DNA of 64,000 bases, from NCBI GenBank assembly GCA_963771155.1, contig CAVYSK010000007.1, positions 249,404-313,403 of the forward strand. Direction: 5' to 3'. Source of the stretch: an uncultured Chloroflexia bacterium (GTDB taxonomy: Bacteria; Chloroflexota; Limnocylindria; QHBO01). The notes under the pieces were generated by a model that was given only the letters and a program-made list of their open reading frames with translations, ran no database searches and was not told where the DNA came from. Positions 1 to 11,074 of the stretch are shown one piece after another. Numbering within the stretch: position 1 is the stretch's first letter; the number at the start of each line of letters is the position of its first letter. The translations under genes were made by a program, and so were the position numbers.

Positions 1-1414
1 CCTCCGCGCCGGACTTCGCCACCCACGCTTCCAGCCACCCAGCCTCTCACCCCGGCGGCCCGACGATCAGCCGGAGGCTCGCGCTCCGCCTCGATGAAAG
101 CCGTGCCGAGCACGCGAGCCACGGTTGGGAAGGCGTGGAGCGTATCGGCCAGGATAGCGAGGGGCACCCGAGCCCGGATGGCGAGCACGCACTCGTGGAT
201 CACCTCGGAAGCCGCCAGTCCGGCGATGAAGGCGCCGACCAGCACGCGCTCCCGGCGGTCGACCACGATCGTGCAGTGTCCGCCCGTCTCGGTGGTGTAG
301 CCCTTGCTGGAAGTTGCGATGTCGACGTGAACTCGGCGGCGTCGATCCCTCGGTCGCGCGCCTGCTCGAGTAGCAGCCCGACCGATGCGATCTCCGGATC
401 GGTGTACGTGGCGCGCGGAATGGCATCCAGGAAGGGTCGGTAGTCGGCGTCGCCGAGCGCGATTCGCGCGGCCGCCTCGCCGGTGTAGTGGCCAAGGTGC
501 GTGTGCAGCTCGGGGCCGGCGACGTCTCCGGCGACGTAGACGCCATCGGCGATCTGCAGCCGGTCGTCGGGCTCCAGCTTCCCGTTGGAGGGCGTCACGC
601 CGACCGTGTCGAGCCCCAGGCCGTCGAGCGGGAGTTCGCGACCGATGGCGAGGAGGATCTCGTGTCCCTCGACCGTGTCCCCGCTGTCGAGCTCGATGCG
701 ATGCGCACCGCCACGTGGCGCCGCGTCCACGCGGGTGGCCCGTGCGCCGAGCCGCAGTCGAACGCCCTCCTTCTCGAGGGCCGCACCGAGATACTCCGAC
801 GATCGGCGATGCTCGCGGTCGTGGACCCGGTCCCGGGGATGGACGAGGGTGACCGGGACGCCGTACCGCGCGTAGGCCTGTGACAGCTCGATTCCGGTCG
901 GACCGGCCCCGAGGACGACGAGCGAGCGCGGCAGCTCCCGCGTGCCGGTGCCCTGCACGTTCGTCCATGGCTGCGCCTCGTCCAGGCCTGGCAGGTCGTG
1001 CGGGACGCGGCTGACCGACCCAATGGCGACCACCACCGCATCGGCCGACAGCAGCTGATCGCCGATGCGCACCTGCCGCGGTCCGGCGAGCGAGGCGGAG
1101 CCGCGGATCACCGTCGCGCCCGCATTCTCGAGCGACGCGGTGTGTCCCGAGTCGTCGGGGGTGTCGATGTCCTCGCGGTTGATCATGTAGTCGCGGAAGT
1201 CCGACGCCCGCGCCCACGGGAAGTCTCCGCCGGCGTGGTGAACAGCGGCGGCGTGGAGCAATGCCTTCGACGGCATGCAGGCGAAGAACGGGCACGAGCC
1301 GCCGAACAGCCCTCGGTCGATGATTGCCACCGATGCGCCCTGGCCCGCGGCGTAGTGGGCCGCCGCCTCGCCGGCGGCGCCGGCGCCGATGACGGCGAGG
1401 TCGAATTTCTGCAT
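1..1414 (-). CDS. class I pyridine nucleotide-disulfide oxidoreductase (dihydrolipoamide dehydrogenase/mercuric reductase-like), 3' end truncated by the window edge, with an internal frameshift near nt 320-340
   Basis: N-terminus MQKFDLAVIGAGAAGEAAAHYAAGQGASVAIIDRG..GGSCPFFACMPSK (FAD fold plus CxxxxC). A different minus frame from about 330 down to 1 encodes a dimerisation-domain-like peptide (VDIATSSKGYTTETGGHCTIVVD...VLVGAFIAG..ASEVIHE) that stays open to the window edge. Confidence 0.7.
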
Positions 1415-1440
1415 GGCGCGCAGTGTCGCACGCCCGCTCG

Positions 1441-2594
1441 TCAGCGGCCGATCTCCTCCCCGCCGATCCAGGTTCGAAGCGGTCGCACGGCCCCGAGGTG
1501 TAACGCGAAGGCGCCCTCGTGCTCGGCATCCCAGGCGACGAGATCGGCCGGCGCGCCCGGCTCCAGGCGTCCGAGGGACTGCTGGCCCAGCGCCCGCCGC
1601 CGCCGGCCGTTGCGGCCGTCAGCGCCTCGGTCACCGTCATGCCGAGGACGGTCGCGCCCAGTCCGACGACCAGCGGCATGGCCCCGAAGGCGCCGAACGT
1701 CCCCGCGTTGGCGTCGCTGGCCAGCGCGACCCGCGCGCCGGCGTCGAGCAGCCCACGGGCCGGTGGCATCCGGTCGCGGAGCACGAGGGCCGGCGCGGGC
1801 AGCAGCGTGGCGACCGTGGACGATGCTGCCAGCGCGGCGACACCGGCGGGGTCCATCTGCTCGAGATGGTCGACCGACGCGGCGCCGATCCGGGCGCCGA
1901 GCTCCGCGGCGCCGGTGCGCTGCAGCTGCTCGGCGTGAAGTCGAACCCCGAGCCCTGCCTCGCTCGCCGCACGCGCGATGCGCTCGGTGGCGGCCAGGTC
2001 GAAGAAGCCTGCGTCGGCGAAGACGTCGACGAAGTCGGCGAGGCCCTCGGCCGCCACGACCGGAATCATCGTGTCGGCGACGTGGTCGGCGTACTCGGCC
2101 ATGGTGCCGGCCTCGGGTGGAACGGCATGGGCGCCCAGGAACGTCGTGACGACGCGGATCGGCAGCCCGTTGGCCACGCGGCGGAGCAGGCGCAGGTGGC
2201 GGAGCTCCTCGTCGAGCGACAGGCCGTACCCGGACTTGCACTCGACCGTCGTCGTGCCCGCGCCCAGCGCGGCGCGCAACCGGAGTTCCACCAGCGGGGC
2301 GAGCGTGGCGTCGTCTGCCGCACGCGTGGCCCCCACCGTTCGCAGGATGCCGCCCTCGGTGTACGGCGCGCCCTCGAGCCGGGCCGCGGTTTCATCGGAT
2401 CGATCGCCGGCAAAGACCGGATGGGTGTGGCTGTCGACCAGGCCCGGCGTGACGAGCCCCGGGCCGAGGTCCAGTCGGTCGCCGTCATCCGCATCGACCG
2501 GGTCGCCGATCCAGGCGATGCGGCCATCCTCGATGCGGATGGCCCAGGGCGAGTGTCCGCCGGGAGCCAGGCGACCGGTGCCGACAAGGAGCAT
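1441..2594 (-). CDS. hutI: imidazolonepropionase (HutI), frameshift in a GGC repeat near 1590-1610
   Basis: My translation from the ATG at 2594 gives MLLVGTGRLAPGG..GLVDSHTHPVFAGDR..TTTVECKSGYGL..MPLVVGLGATVLGMTVTEALTAAT, then switches frame to the end LGQQSLGRLEPGAPADLVAWDA...GGEEIGR* (stop at 1441). The N-terminal frame is absent from the ORF track because it runs open to the window edge. Confidence 0.75.
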
Positions 2595-2659
2595 CGGTCA
2601 GGTGGTTCTGCGGCCCGTCATGCTCGGAGCGTAGCGCAGGCGACGCTACACTCGGCTGC

Positions 2660-4309
2660 ATGGCAGCCAGACCGGCGATCATCGCCGTCGACGACGACGC
2701 GCCGGTGCTCCGCTCGATCGAGCGCGATCTCCGAGCCCGCTACGGGAAGGAGTACCGCGTGCTTGCGGCCGGGTCGGGCGCCGAAGCCCTTGACACGACG
2801 CGCGAGCTCACCCGACGCGGGGACCCGGTTGCGCTCTTCGTCGTGGACCAGCGCATGCCGACCATGACCGGCATCGAGCTGCTGCGCGAGGCCCTCCCGC
2901 TCCACCCGGATGCCAAGCGCGTGCTGCTGACCGCCTACGCGGATACCGAGGCGGCGATCCAGGCGATCAACGACGTCCGGCTGGACCAGTACATCCTGAA
3001 ACCATGGGACCCGCCGGAGGATCGGCTGTACCCGGTTCTCGACGACCTGCTCACCGACTGGCAGGCCTCCTTCCGGCCGCCGTTCGAGGGCATCCGCCTG
3101 CTGAGCGGCCGATGGGCGCCGCGTGGCCACGAGATCCGCGACTTCCTCACGCGGAACCAGGTGCCCTATGCATGGCACGACCCCTTGGAGGACGAGGAGG
3201 GGCAGCGGCTAGCCTCGTCCCTTGGCGAGCCGGCCGACCCGACGGCGCCGGTGCTCTTCTTCGATGACGGCCGCATCGTTCGCGATCCGAGCAACACGGA
3301 GCTGGCCGATGCGATCGGGCTCTCGACGCATGCCAGCCTTCCGTTCTACGACCTCGTGATCGTCGGGGCGGGTCCTGCCGGCCTGGCAGCTGCGGTGTAC
3401 GGCGCGAGCGAGGGCCTGAAGACGCTGCTCATCGAGCGCGAGGCCCCCGGCGGCCAGGCGGGCACGACCAGCCGGATCGAGAACTATCTCGGCTTCCCGT
3501 CAGGCCTGACGGGAAGCGACCTCGCTCGCCGCGCGCTCGCCCAGGCGCGACGGCTTGGCGCCGAGATCCTCTCGTCCCAGGAGGTGGCGACGCTGCGGCG
3601 CGACGACCCGTACCGGACGCTCGTCCTCGAGGACGGTAATGAGCTCAGCTGCCAGGCGGTGGTGATCGCCAGCGGGGTCTCGTACCGCCAGCTGGAAGTG
3701 CCGGGTGCCGCGGAGCTCGCCGGGCGGGGCGTGTACTACGGTGCCGCCACGACCGAGGCGGTCCTGTATCGCGGATCCCCGGTAGCGGTGATCGGCAGCG
3801 GCAACTCGGCCGGCCAGGCCGCGGTGCACCTGGCCCGTTACGCGAGCCGGGTCCACGTGCTGGTCCGCGGCGGCGGCATCGAGGCGACGATGAGCGCATA
3901 CCTCGTGGACCAGCTGAAGGAGATCGAGAGCGTCGAGCTCCACGTGCGCTGCGAGGCGAGCGCCTTCCACGGCACCGACCACCTCGAGCGCGCCACGTTC
4001 GCGTCGCCGGATGGCGAGCTCGAGCTCGACGTGGCCGCGACGTTCGTGTTCATCGGACAGCAGCCGCGGACCGCGTGGCTGGATGGAATCCTGGTCCGCG
4101 ACGAGCCCGGCTTCATCCTCACCGGCGCCGACGTCGCCGAGGGGACGGGGTGGAACCTGGATCGCGACCCATTCCTGCTCGAGTCCAGCATGCCCGGCGT
4201 GTTCGCCGCCGGCGACGTGCGCCACCGGTCGGTGAAGCGCATCGCCAGCGCGGTGGGGGAGGGCGCAATGGCCGTCCAGTTCGTCCACCAGTACATGGCG
4301 CAGCTTTGA
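2660..4309 (+). CDS. response regulator receiver domain fused to a glutaredoxin-like linker and a thioredoxin-reductase-like FAD/NAD(P) oxidoreductase lacking the CxxC redox centre
   Basis: A track ORF of 549 aa. The REC domain shows IIAVDDD...VVDQRMP..LLTAYAD. A Cys-free Grx-like stretch (VPYAWHD..APVLFFDDGRIV) follows. The TrxR-like part shows YDLVIVGAGPAGLAAAVY..VIGSGNSAGQAAVHL..GVFAAGDVRH. The protein has only two Cys, and GVYYGAATTEA stands where TrxR has CATCDG. Confidence 0.8.
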   Translation: MAARPAIIAVDDDAPVLRSIERDLRARYGKEYRVLAAGSGAEALDTTRELTRRGDPVALFVVDQRMPTMTGIELLREALPLHPDAKRVLLTAYADTEAAIQAINDVRLDQYILKPWDPPEDRLYPVLDDLLTDWQASFRPPFEGIRLLSGRWAPRGHEIRDFLTRNQVPYAWHDPLEDEEGQRLASSLGEPADPTAPVLFFDDGRIVRDPSNTELADAIGLSTHASLPFYDLVIVGAGPAGLAAAVYGASEGLKTLLIEREAPGGQAGTTSRIENYLGFPSGLTGSDLARRALAQARRLGAEILSSQEVATLRRDDPYRTLVLEDGNELSCQAVVIASGVSYRQLEVPGAAELAGRGVYYGAATTEAVLYRGSPVAVIGSGNSAGQAAVHLARYASRVHVLVRGGGIEATMSAYLVDQLKEIESVELHVRCEASAFHGTDHLERATFASPDGELELDVAATFVFIGQQPRTAWLDGILVRDEPGFILTGADVAEGTGWNLDRDPFLLESSMPGVFAAGDVRHRSVKRIASAVGEGAMAVQFVHQYMAQL

Positions 4310-4317
4310 GCGGCGCG

Positions 4318-5646
4318 ATGGCCCACCAGCACCTCGATCGCGATGCCATCGTCCAGCGGCTGCGGGACACGCCCCTCTTCGGTGGCCTGGAGGACGCCCA
4401 GCTCGTCCGGCTGGTCGACATGGGCGAAATCCTGGATCTCGAACCCGGCGACAAGCTCATCCGGGAAGGTGACCAGGCGGACGCGCTCTACGTCGTCCTG
4501 TCCGGCGAGCTCGACGTCACGAAGCGGTCCGGGCAGAGCGACATCCCGGTCGCCCGCGTCGGTCCGGGCTCCCTGCAGGGCGAGATCGCCGCGCTCGAGG
4601 GCGGGCGGCGACTGGCGTCGGTGACCGCGATCGGCAGCGCGGAGGTGCTCAACATTCCGGTATCCGCCATCCGTGAGCTGCTTGGTGCCGGCCCGGACGT
4701 GGCCCTCGCGGTCATCCGCACCGCCGTGACGCGGTTGCGGGCGATGGAGTCGCTGTTCCGGGAGCGGGAGAAGCTGGCCGGTCTCGGCACGCTGGCCGCC
4801 GGGCTGGCCCACGAGCTCAATAATCCTGCGGCCGCAGCAATGCGCGCCATCAACGGGCTGGCCGACGCGGTCGCGAGGGCCGAGTCGCTGCCGCATCCGA
4901 CCCCGCCGCCGAGGCCACCCGAGCAGGCCGCACCGCCGTCCTCCTCGCTCGAGCGCGCCGACCGGATCGACGAGCTGGCACGCCTTGCCGGGGACGACGA
5001 GTCGGCAAGCGCGCTGGTCGACGCCGGCTGGACCCCCTCGGCCATCCAGGCGCTGCCATCCGAGGTCGTGCCGTGGGTGGCGGCGGACGCATCGGTCAAC
5101 CTGCTGTTGGGCGAGCTGCGCATGGCGGTCGGCCGGATCAGCGAGATCGTGCGCGCGGTGAAGGGGTACGCCTATCTCGACCAGGCCCCGGTGCAGCGCG
5201 TGGACGTGCGCGTCGGGCTGGAGGAGACGCTCGTCATCCTTCGCCATCGGCTTCGGGACGGCATCGAGGTGGTGCGCGAGCTCGCGGATGACCTCCCGGA
5301 GATCGAGGCCTACGGGTCCGAGCTGAACCAGGTCTGGACGAACCTCGTGGACAACGCCGTGGACGCCATGGACGGCCGGGGCACGCTCACGCTGCGCGCG
5401 CAACCCGACCCGAACGGCGACGGGGTGCAGGTCGAGGTGTGTGACACCGGCCCCGGCGTCCCCGACGAGGTCCGCGAGCGACTGTTCGAGCCGTTCTATA
5501 CGACGAAGCCGCCGGGCAAGGGGACGGGCCTCGGGCTCCACATCTCGCACAACGTCGTCGCGCGCCATGGCGGGCGGTTCGAGGTCGAGTCCTCGCCCGC
5601 CGGGACCTGCTTCGAGGTCAGCCTGCCGGCGACGCTGCCGGACTGA
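4318..5646 (+). CDS. sensor histidine kinase with N-terminal cyclic-nucleotide-binding (CAP_ED) domain
   Basis: MAHQHLDRDAIVQRLRDTPLFGGLED..GDKLIREGDQADALYVVLSGEL (cNMP-binding), H-box LAHELNNPAAAAM, and an HATPase region GTGLGLHISHNVVARHGG. The start ATG is in frame with track ORF 4075..5646. Confidence 0.85.
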   Translation: MAHQHLDRDAIVQRLRDTPLFGGLEDAQLVRLVDMGEILDLEPGDKLIREGDQADALYVVLSGELDVTKRSGQSDIPVARVGPGSLQGEIAALEGGRRLASVTAIGSAEVLNIPVSAIRELLGAGPDVALAVIRTAVTRLRAMESLFREREKLAGLGTLAAGLAHELNNPAAAAMRAINGLADAVARAESLPHPTPPPRPPEQAAPPSSSLERADRIDELARLAGDDESASALVDAGWTPSAIQALPSEVVPWVAADASVNLLLGELRMAVGRISEIVRAVKGYAYLDQAPVQRVDVRVGLEETLVILRHRLRDGIEVVRELADDLPEIEAYGSELNQVWTNLVDNAVDAMDGRGTLTLRAQPDPNGDGVQVEVCDTGPGVPDEVRERLFEPFYTTKPPGKGTGLGLHISHNVVARHGGRFEVESSPAGTCFEVSLPATLPD

Positions 5647-6573
5647 TCAGCCGAGCTCCGGCTGCGCACGTCGCCACCTCCGTGGACGCACGCGCAGGGT
5701 GGCCATCAGCAGGCCGGCCACGATGAACAGCACCCCGAGCAGCTGGAACGACGAGGGCGCCTCGCCCAGCAGCCAGATGCCCAGCAGCACCGACGCGACC
5801 GGCTGAAGGGTCAGCACGACCGATGTGATCGCCGCCGGCACCCGCGGAAGGCTGATGCTGATCAGCAGCCATCCGACGACTTGGACGCCGAGGGCCAGCA
5901 AGATGAGCCAACCGTGCGCGGGCCAGCTCGGCACGAGGTCGACATTGCCGATCACCAGGCCGATGATCAGCGAGCAGATCGCAGCAGACAGGGTCGCGTC
6001 GAAGAGCGGCCCAGCGGGTCGCCGAGGATCGGCGTTGGCCTGTCGCTGCACGAGCAGGAACCCGGCATAAGCGATGCCGGTGCCGATGCCGAAGATCACG
6101 CCGAGCACCGGATCGGCGCCGTACGCCTCGCCGCCGCCGACGACGCCGGAGATCAGCACGACGCCGAGCAGTACCACCGGAACCGAGATCGCCACCCGCA
6201 TGCCAGGCCGCTCCTTGAGGAACAGCCACGCGGCGAGCGGCACGAATACGACCTGGGTGTTCCCGAGCACGGTCGCCAGGCCGGCGCCGACCTGCCCGAT
6301 CGCGTAGTGCCACAGGACGAGGTCGGCGGCGAAGAACACCCCCGCGATCCACGCCAGCCGTGCCGAACCGGAGACGCGCGGCCCGAATCGGTTTCGTTCG
6401 TACCTGGCGAGCAGCAGCAGCGGCGGCAGGGCATACGCGCACCGGAACACCGCCGCCGTCGTTGGAGTCACGTCCGCGAGGCGCACCAGGATCGCGGAGA
6501 ACGCGATGGTCAGGGCACCGAGGACGGCCGCCAGCACCGGCCGCTCGGCCAGCGCGCGGGCGATGCTGCGCAT
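5647..6573 (-). CDS. DMT superfamily (EamA-like) transporter
   Basis: Track ORF 5647..6702. Ten hydrophobic segments with a duplicated EamA pattern. The start was chosen at MRSIARALAERP. Confidence 0.7.
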   Translation of the reverse strand: MRSIARALAERPVLAAVLGALTIAFSAILVRLADVTPTTAAVFRCAYALPPLLLLARYERNRFGPRVSGSARLAWIAGVFFAADLVLWHYAIGQVGAGLATVLGNTQVVFVPLAAWLFLKERPGMRVAISVPVVLLGVVLISGVVGGGEAYGADPVLGVIFGIGTGIAYAGFLLVQRQANADPRRPAGPLFDATLSAAICSLIIGLVIGNVDLVPSWPAHGWLILLALGVQVVGWLLISISLPRVPAAITSVVLTLQPVASVLLGIWLLGEAPSSFQLLGVLFIVAGLLMATLRVRPRRWRRAQPELG

Positions 6574-6643
6574 GCGCGAAGCGTACCGGTCGGGACTTGC
6601 ACTTGCGCTCGCCGGACCCGGAGACGCAGACTCGGCCGAGCAG

Positions 6644-9297
6644 ATGCCCGAGCTTCCGACCGGTACGGTCACCTTCCTGTTCAGCGACATCGAGGGCTCC
6701 ACGCGTCTCGCGGCGGAGCACGCCGCCGCGTGGCCATCGATCCTCGAGCGGCATCAAGAGATCATGCGCGCCGCGTTCGGCGCGGCCGGCGGCATCGAGG
6801 CGGGCACCGAGGGCGACTCGTTCTTCGTCGCCTTTCCCGGCGCGCCGGACGCGGTGGCGGCCGCCGTGACCGCACAGCGCGCGTTGGCGGGCGAACCGTG
6901 GGCGCCCGGGACGGAGGTTCGGGTCCGGATGGGGATGCACACCGGCGAGGCGGGCTTCTCCTCGGCGACCTACGCCGGCCTGAACGTCCATCGCGCCAGC
7001 CGCGTGGCCGGCGTGGCGCACGGTGGGCAGGTGCTTCTCTCGGACCCGACACGCGCCCTGGTCGAGGACGCGCTCCCGGAGGGCGTCACGCTCCGCGACC
7101 TCGGCCCGCACAAGCTGAAGGATCTCGAGCACCCCGAGCACCTCTGGCAGCTCGTGATCCCCGGCCTCCAGGACGCGTTCCCGGCTCTCCCATCGGCCGG
7201 CACCACGCCGAACAACCTGCCGACCCGCCTGACGACCTTCCTCGGTCGCGAGCGGGAGATGGCCGAGGTCGTCGAACTGCTCCGCGGCACGCGGCTGCTG
7301 ACCCTCACCGGGCCGGGCGGGACGGGCAAGACACGGTTGAGCCTGCAGGTCGCCGCCCGATCGTTGGAGACCTATCCCGATGGCGTCTTCTTCGTCGAGC
7401 TGGCGCTGATCGCGGAGCCGGAGCTCGTCATGGCCACGATCGCCCAGCACCTCGGCCTGCCGGACCGCGGGGGCCGCCCCGCCGCCGAGCGCCTGGCCGA
7501 GCACATCGCCGATCGCCGCATGCTGCTCGTGCTGGACAACTTCGAGCAGGTCATCGCGGCCGCGTCCTCGGTGTCGGACCTGCTGGCAGGGTCCCCGAAC
7601 CTCACCGTCATTGCCAGCAGCCGCAGCGCACTGCGTGTGTCCGGGGAGCAGGAGTATCCCGTGCCGCCGCTCCGCCTTCCCGACCCGGCGCACCTTCCGC
7701 CGCTGTCGACCCTCTCGCAGTACGAGGCGGTGGCGCTCTTCATCGAGCGCGCTCGCGCGGTCAAGCCCGCGTTCGAGATCACGAACGAGAACGCGCCGGC
7801 GGTCGCGGAGATCTGCGTTCGCCTGGATGGCCTTCCCCTCGCGATCGAGCTCGCGGCGGCGCGGATTCGCATCTTCACGCCCCAGGCGATGCTCTCCCGG
7901 CTCGAGTCACGGCTTTCCATGCTGCAGGGAGGCGGTCGCGACCTGCCCGCGCGGCAGCAGACGCTGCGAGGTGCCATCGCCTGGAGCCACGAGATGCTCG
8001 AGCCGGCGGACCGCTCGATGTTCGCCTGCCTGTCGGTGTTTGTGGGCGGGGCCTCGATCGAGTCGATCGAGCGGGTCTGCACCGAGGAGGTCGAGGGCGA
8101 CCCGCTCAACGCGGTTGCCTCGCTGGTCGAGCAGAGCCTCGTGCGCCAGGCAGAGGGCGCGGACGGGGAGCCGCGCTTCTCGATGCTCGCGACGATCCGG
8201 GAGTACGCCATGGAGCAGGCGCAGACCGCCGGGAGCTGGGATCGGCTGCGCGAGCGCCACGCGCACCTGTTCCGGGAGCTGGCGGAAGCATCGGCGGGCG
8301 AGATCATGGGCTCCGGCAAGCGAACCTGGCTGGATCAGCTGGAGGAGGAGCATGACAACCTCCGTGCAGCGCTGGTGTGGGCATCGGAGGTCGGAGCGGC
8401 CGAGGTCGCCCTATGCACCTCCGCGTCGCTGTGGCGGTTCTGGCAGATGCGCGGCTACCTGGCCGAGGGGCTCGAGCGGGTGACACAGGCACTCGCACTC
8501 CCTCACGGCGCGGAGCACCCGCGGGAGCGGGCCGATGCGCTCGTCCGCCGCCGCCGGTCTCGCGTACTGGCAGGCGGATGCGAAGACCGCGAGGGCGCGG
8601 TACCTGGAAGAGATCGAGGTGCGTGAAGCGCATCGGCGACCGCGCCGGGCTGGCGGAAGCGTTCTATGGCGTCTCGTTCACGTGGGCGATCATCGAGCTC
8701 GAGGCGGAGGATGCGATCGAGCAGGCGACCAGCTACGTCACGCGAGCGCTGGCCATCTTCGAGGAGCTGGATGACGCGCCCGGCATCGGGAAGTGCGAGT
8801 GGGCGCTGGCCAACGTCGCCTGGGGCGCGCGGGACATCGAAGGGGCCACAGTCCACGCCCTGCGGTCCCTCGAGGTCTTCACGTCGATCGACGACCGCTT
8901 CAACATGGGGTGGGCGAATACACCCTCGGGCTCGGCGCTCTCGCTCGGATTGGACAGCATGGCGTGTCGACGGAGGAAGTCGGCGAGGCACACGACCGAC
9001 TGCTCGTGGCGCTCCGCATCTTCGACGAGGCGCAGGACCTGACCGGCTATGCCCTGGTCCTCGACGCACTCGCGCTCCTGGCGCTCGATACCGGCGATCG
9101 GGAGCGCGCGGCGCGCCTGTCCGCGGTCGTCGACGTCATCGAGCGAACCACCGGCACCGGCCTGAACGACTGGACTCGGACTGCGCTCGACTTCGACCCG
9201 AAGGTCCTGCGCGACGACCCGGCGCTCGCCGTCGGCCTGGGAAGCGGGCCAGGCGCTCACGGTGGAGCTGGCGGTGGCCGAGGCGCTCGCCGGCTGA
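6644..9297 (+). CDS. class III adenylate/guanylate cyclase - AAA/NB-ARC ATPase - TPR large regulator; the reading frame is broken at least four times (about 8545, 8625, 8925, 9235)
   Basis: CHD domain FLFSDIEGSTRLAAEH..GDSFFVAFPG..RVRMGMHTGEA, then the P-loop LTLTGPGGTGKTRLSLQVA. The TPR-like C-terminus is split across track ORFs 6506..8626, 8535..8774, 8377..9042 and 8793..10133 (AFYGVSFTWAIIELEAEDAIEQATSYVTRALAIFEELDD.., GYALVLDALALLALDTGDRERAARL..). The last frame ends ...VELAVAEALAG* at about 9297. Confidence 0.6.
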
Positions 9298-9311
9298 CCC
9301 GTACCCGTGCG

Positions 9312-10115
9312 CTAGGCCGGCGCCGCGAGGTCCCGCCGCGGGAAGACGATGAGGGCGTAGACGATCGGCACCACGAACGCGATCCCGCAGATCACCAGGT
9401 CGATCGGGTCGAGCGCTCCCTCGAGGATCTCCCCGGGCTGGAAGTGGTGGAAGAGCGAGTACTCCTGGGTCCAGTCCGCCTCCCGCCACAGGGATCCGAG
9501 GATCTCGAAGAAGTAGTTCACCAGCAGGTACGCAAGCGTCAGACCGATGGCGGGCCCCGGGCGGTCGAAGCTCACCGAGGCCGCCAGGCCGAACGTCGCG
9601 AAGGCGCCCCAGAGGAGGAAGCCATTCAGCCAGACCAGCGGCAGCTGCTCGAGCCGCAGGTCACCCACGACGTCCTGGACCGCCGCGCCGGTCACGAAGC
9701 CCGCCAGCAGCGCGACCAGGACCACGCCGACTACCAGGAGCAGGGCGAGAAGGATGCTGAGGTACACGGTGACGCGCGACACCGGCCGTGCGAGCATCAC
9801 CTCGAGCGTGCCCCGCTGGCGCTCGCCGGCGATGGCGGTGGCAGTCGCCTCGATCGCGAACACGCCGAGCATGGCGATCGCCAACGGGTGCTGCGTTCCG
9901 AGGGTGATCGCGCCGGGGAGGGTGAACAGGGAGCCCGAGCCGAAGTTCATCAGCTCGGTCGGGAAGGCGCCCGAGGTGGCGATGTCCTCGAAGACCTCGG
10001 CGAACGCCACGTAGATGACCGGGATCAGGACGCCCCAGCCGAAGATCGCGATCGTCACGATCAGCCAGCGCGCGCGCTGCCAGGCGAGCGTTCGGCCGAA
10101 CAGCGGCAGGTTCAT
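9312..10115 (-). CDS. ABC-2 type transporter permease
   Basis: A track ORF of 267 aa with six TM segments. Its start overlaps the stop of the upstream ATPase. Confidence 0.7.
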   Translation of the reverse strand: MNLPLFGRTLAWQRARWLIVTIAIFGWGVLIPVIYVAFAEVFEDIATSGAFPTELMNFGSGSLFTLPGAITLGTQHPLAIAMLGVFAIEATATAIAGERQRGTLEVMLARPVSRVTVYLSILLALLLVVGVVLVALLAGFVTGAAVQDVVGDLRLEQLPLVWLNGFLLWGAFATFGLAASVSFDRPGPAIGLTLAYLLVNYFFEILGSLWREADWTQEYSLFHHFQPGEILEGALDPIDLVICGIAFVVPIVYALIVFPRRDLAAPA

Positions 10116-11024
10116 CCTCCGTCTCCGGCGTAGTACTCGAGGAAGGCCTCTTCCAGGCTGGCCGGCTCGATCGTGAGGTCCTCCAGCGACGGCGAGGCGA
10201 CGGCGCGCACGAACTCGGAGACGTCACCCGTCCAGCGTCCCGAACAGGCGGTCGCCATCGACCGACGACGTTCGCGAGGCCGGGGATGCGTGGTCGGATC
10301 GGGCGCCGCGCCCCGCCAGCGGATCGAGACGCGCCGCCGCCGGCGGCTCAGGAGCTCTCGAACGTCATGGATCGCCATCAGCCGGCCCTGGCGGATGATG
10401 GCGACGCGATCGCAGACGCGCTCGACCTCGGACAGGATGTGGCTAGAGAAGAAGATCGTGCGGCCCTCGGCGCGAAGGTCGGTGAGGATGCGCGTAGAAC
10501 GCGTGTTGCATGAGCGGGTCGAGACCCTCGGTCGGCTCGTCGAGGATCGCCAGCTCCGGGTCGTGCTGGAGCGCCTGGATGACCCCGATCTTCTGCCGCA
10601 TCCCACGTGAGTAGTCGCGGACCTTGCGCCGAAGGTCCTCCTCGGGCATCTGCAGCCGCTCGACCAGCTCGGCGCGCCGATGCGGCTCGCGGCCCTGGAG
10701 ATCGGCGAGGTAGTCGAGGACCTGGTGGCCGGTGAGGGAGTCGTACAGCGCGATGCCGCCGGGGAGATAGCCGGTGAGGCGGCGGATCTCCACCGACTCG
10801 TCGGCCACGTCCATGCCCAGCACGGTCGCCCGCCCCGACGTCGCGTGCAGGAAGCCCAGCAGCGTCCGAATCATCGTCGACTTCCCGGCCCCATTCGGGC
10901 CGAGGAAGCCGAAGACCTCGCCCGGGCGGACGTCCAGGTCGAGATCGGTGAGGGCGGCCACCGAGCCGTAGTGCTTCGTCAGTGCGTGGGTGCTGATGAC
11001 CGGATCGCCCGGGGTGCCCTCCAT
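10112..11024 (-). CDS. ABC transporter ATP-binding protein (frameshift near 10490)
   Basis: Walker [10 protein letters not shown] and signature [11 protein letters not shown] are in ORF 10443..11024. The Walker [12 protein letters not shown]-loop [10 protein letters not shown] and the C-terminus are in ORF 10112..10606 in another frame. Confidence 0.75.
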
Positions 11025-11074
11025 GCGTTGATCCTACCCGCGGCGGCCGACCCGGGACGGCGGTTCGTGGCAGG

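Noticed and set aside
2660-2662. An off-by-one between my nucleotide count and the ORF-track start for some genes (e.g. ATG read at 2659 vs 2660, and 36007 vs 36008).
   Set aside because: This is most likely my own indexing error within a printed line. I used track-consistent coordinates where possible, and it does not affect the frame-break inferences, which rest on the protein content of different track frames.
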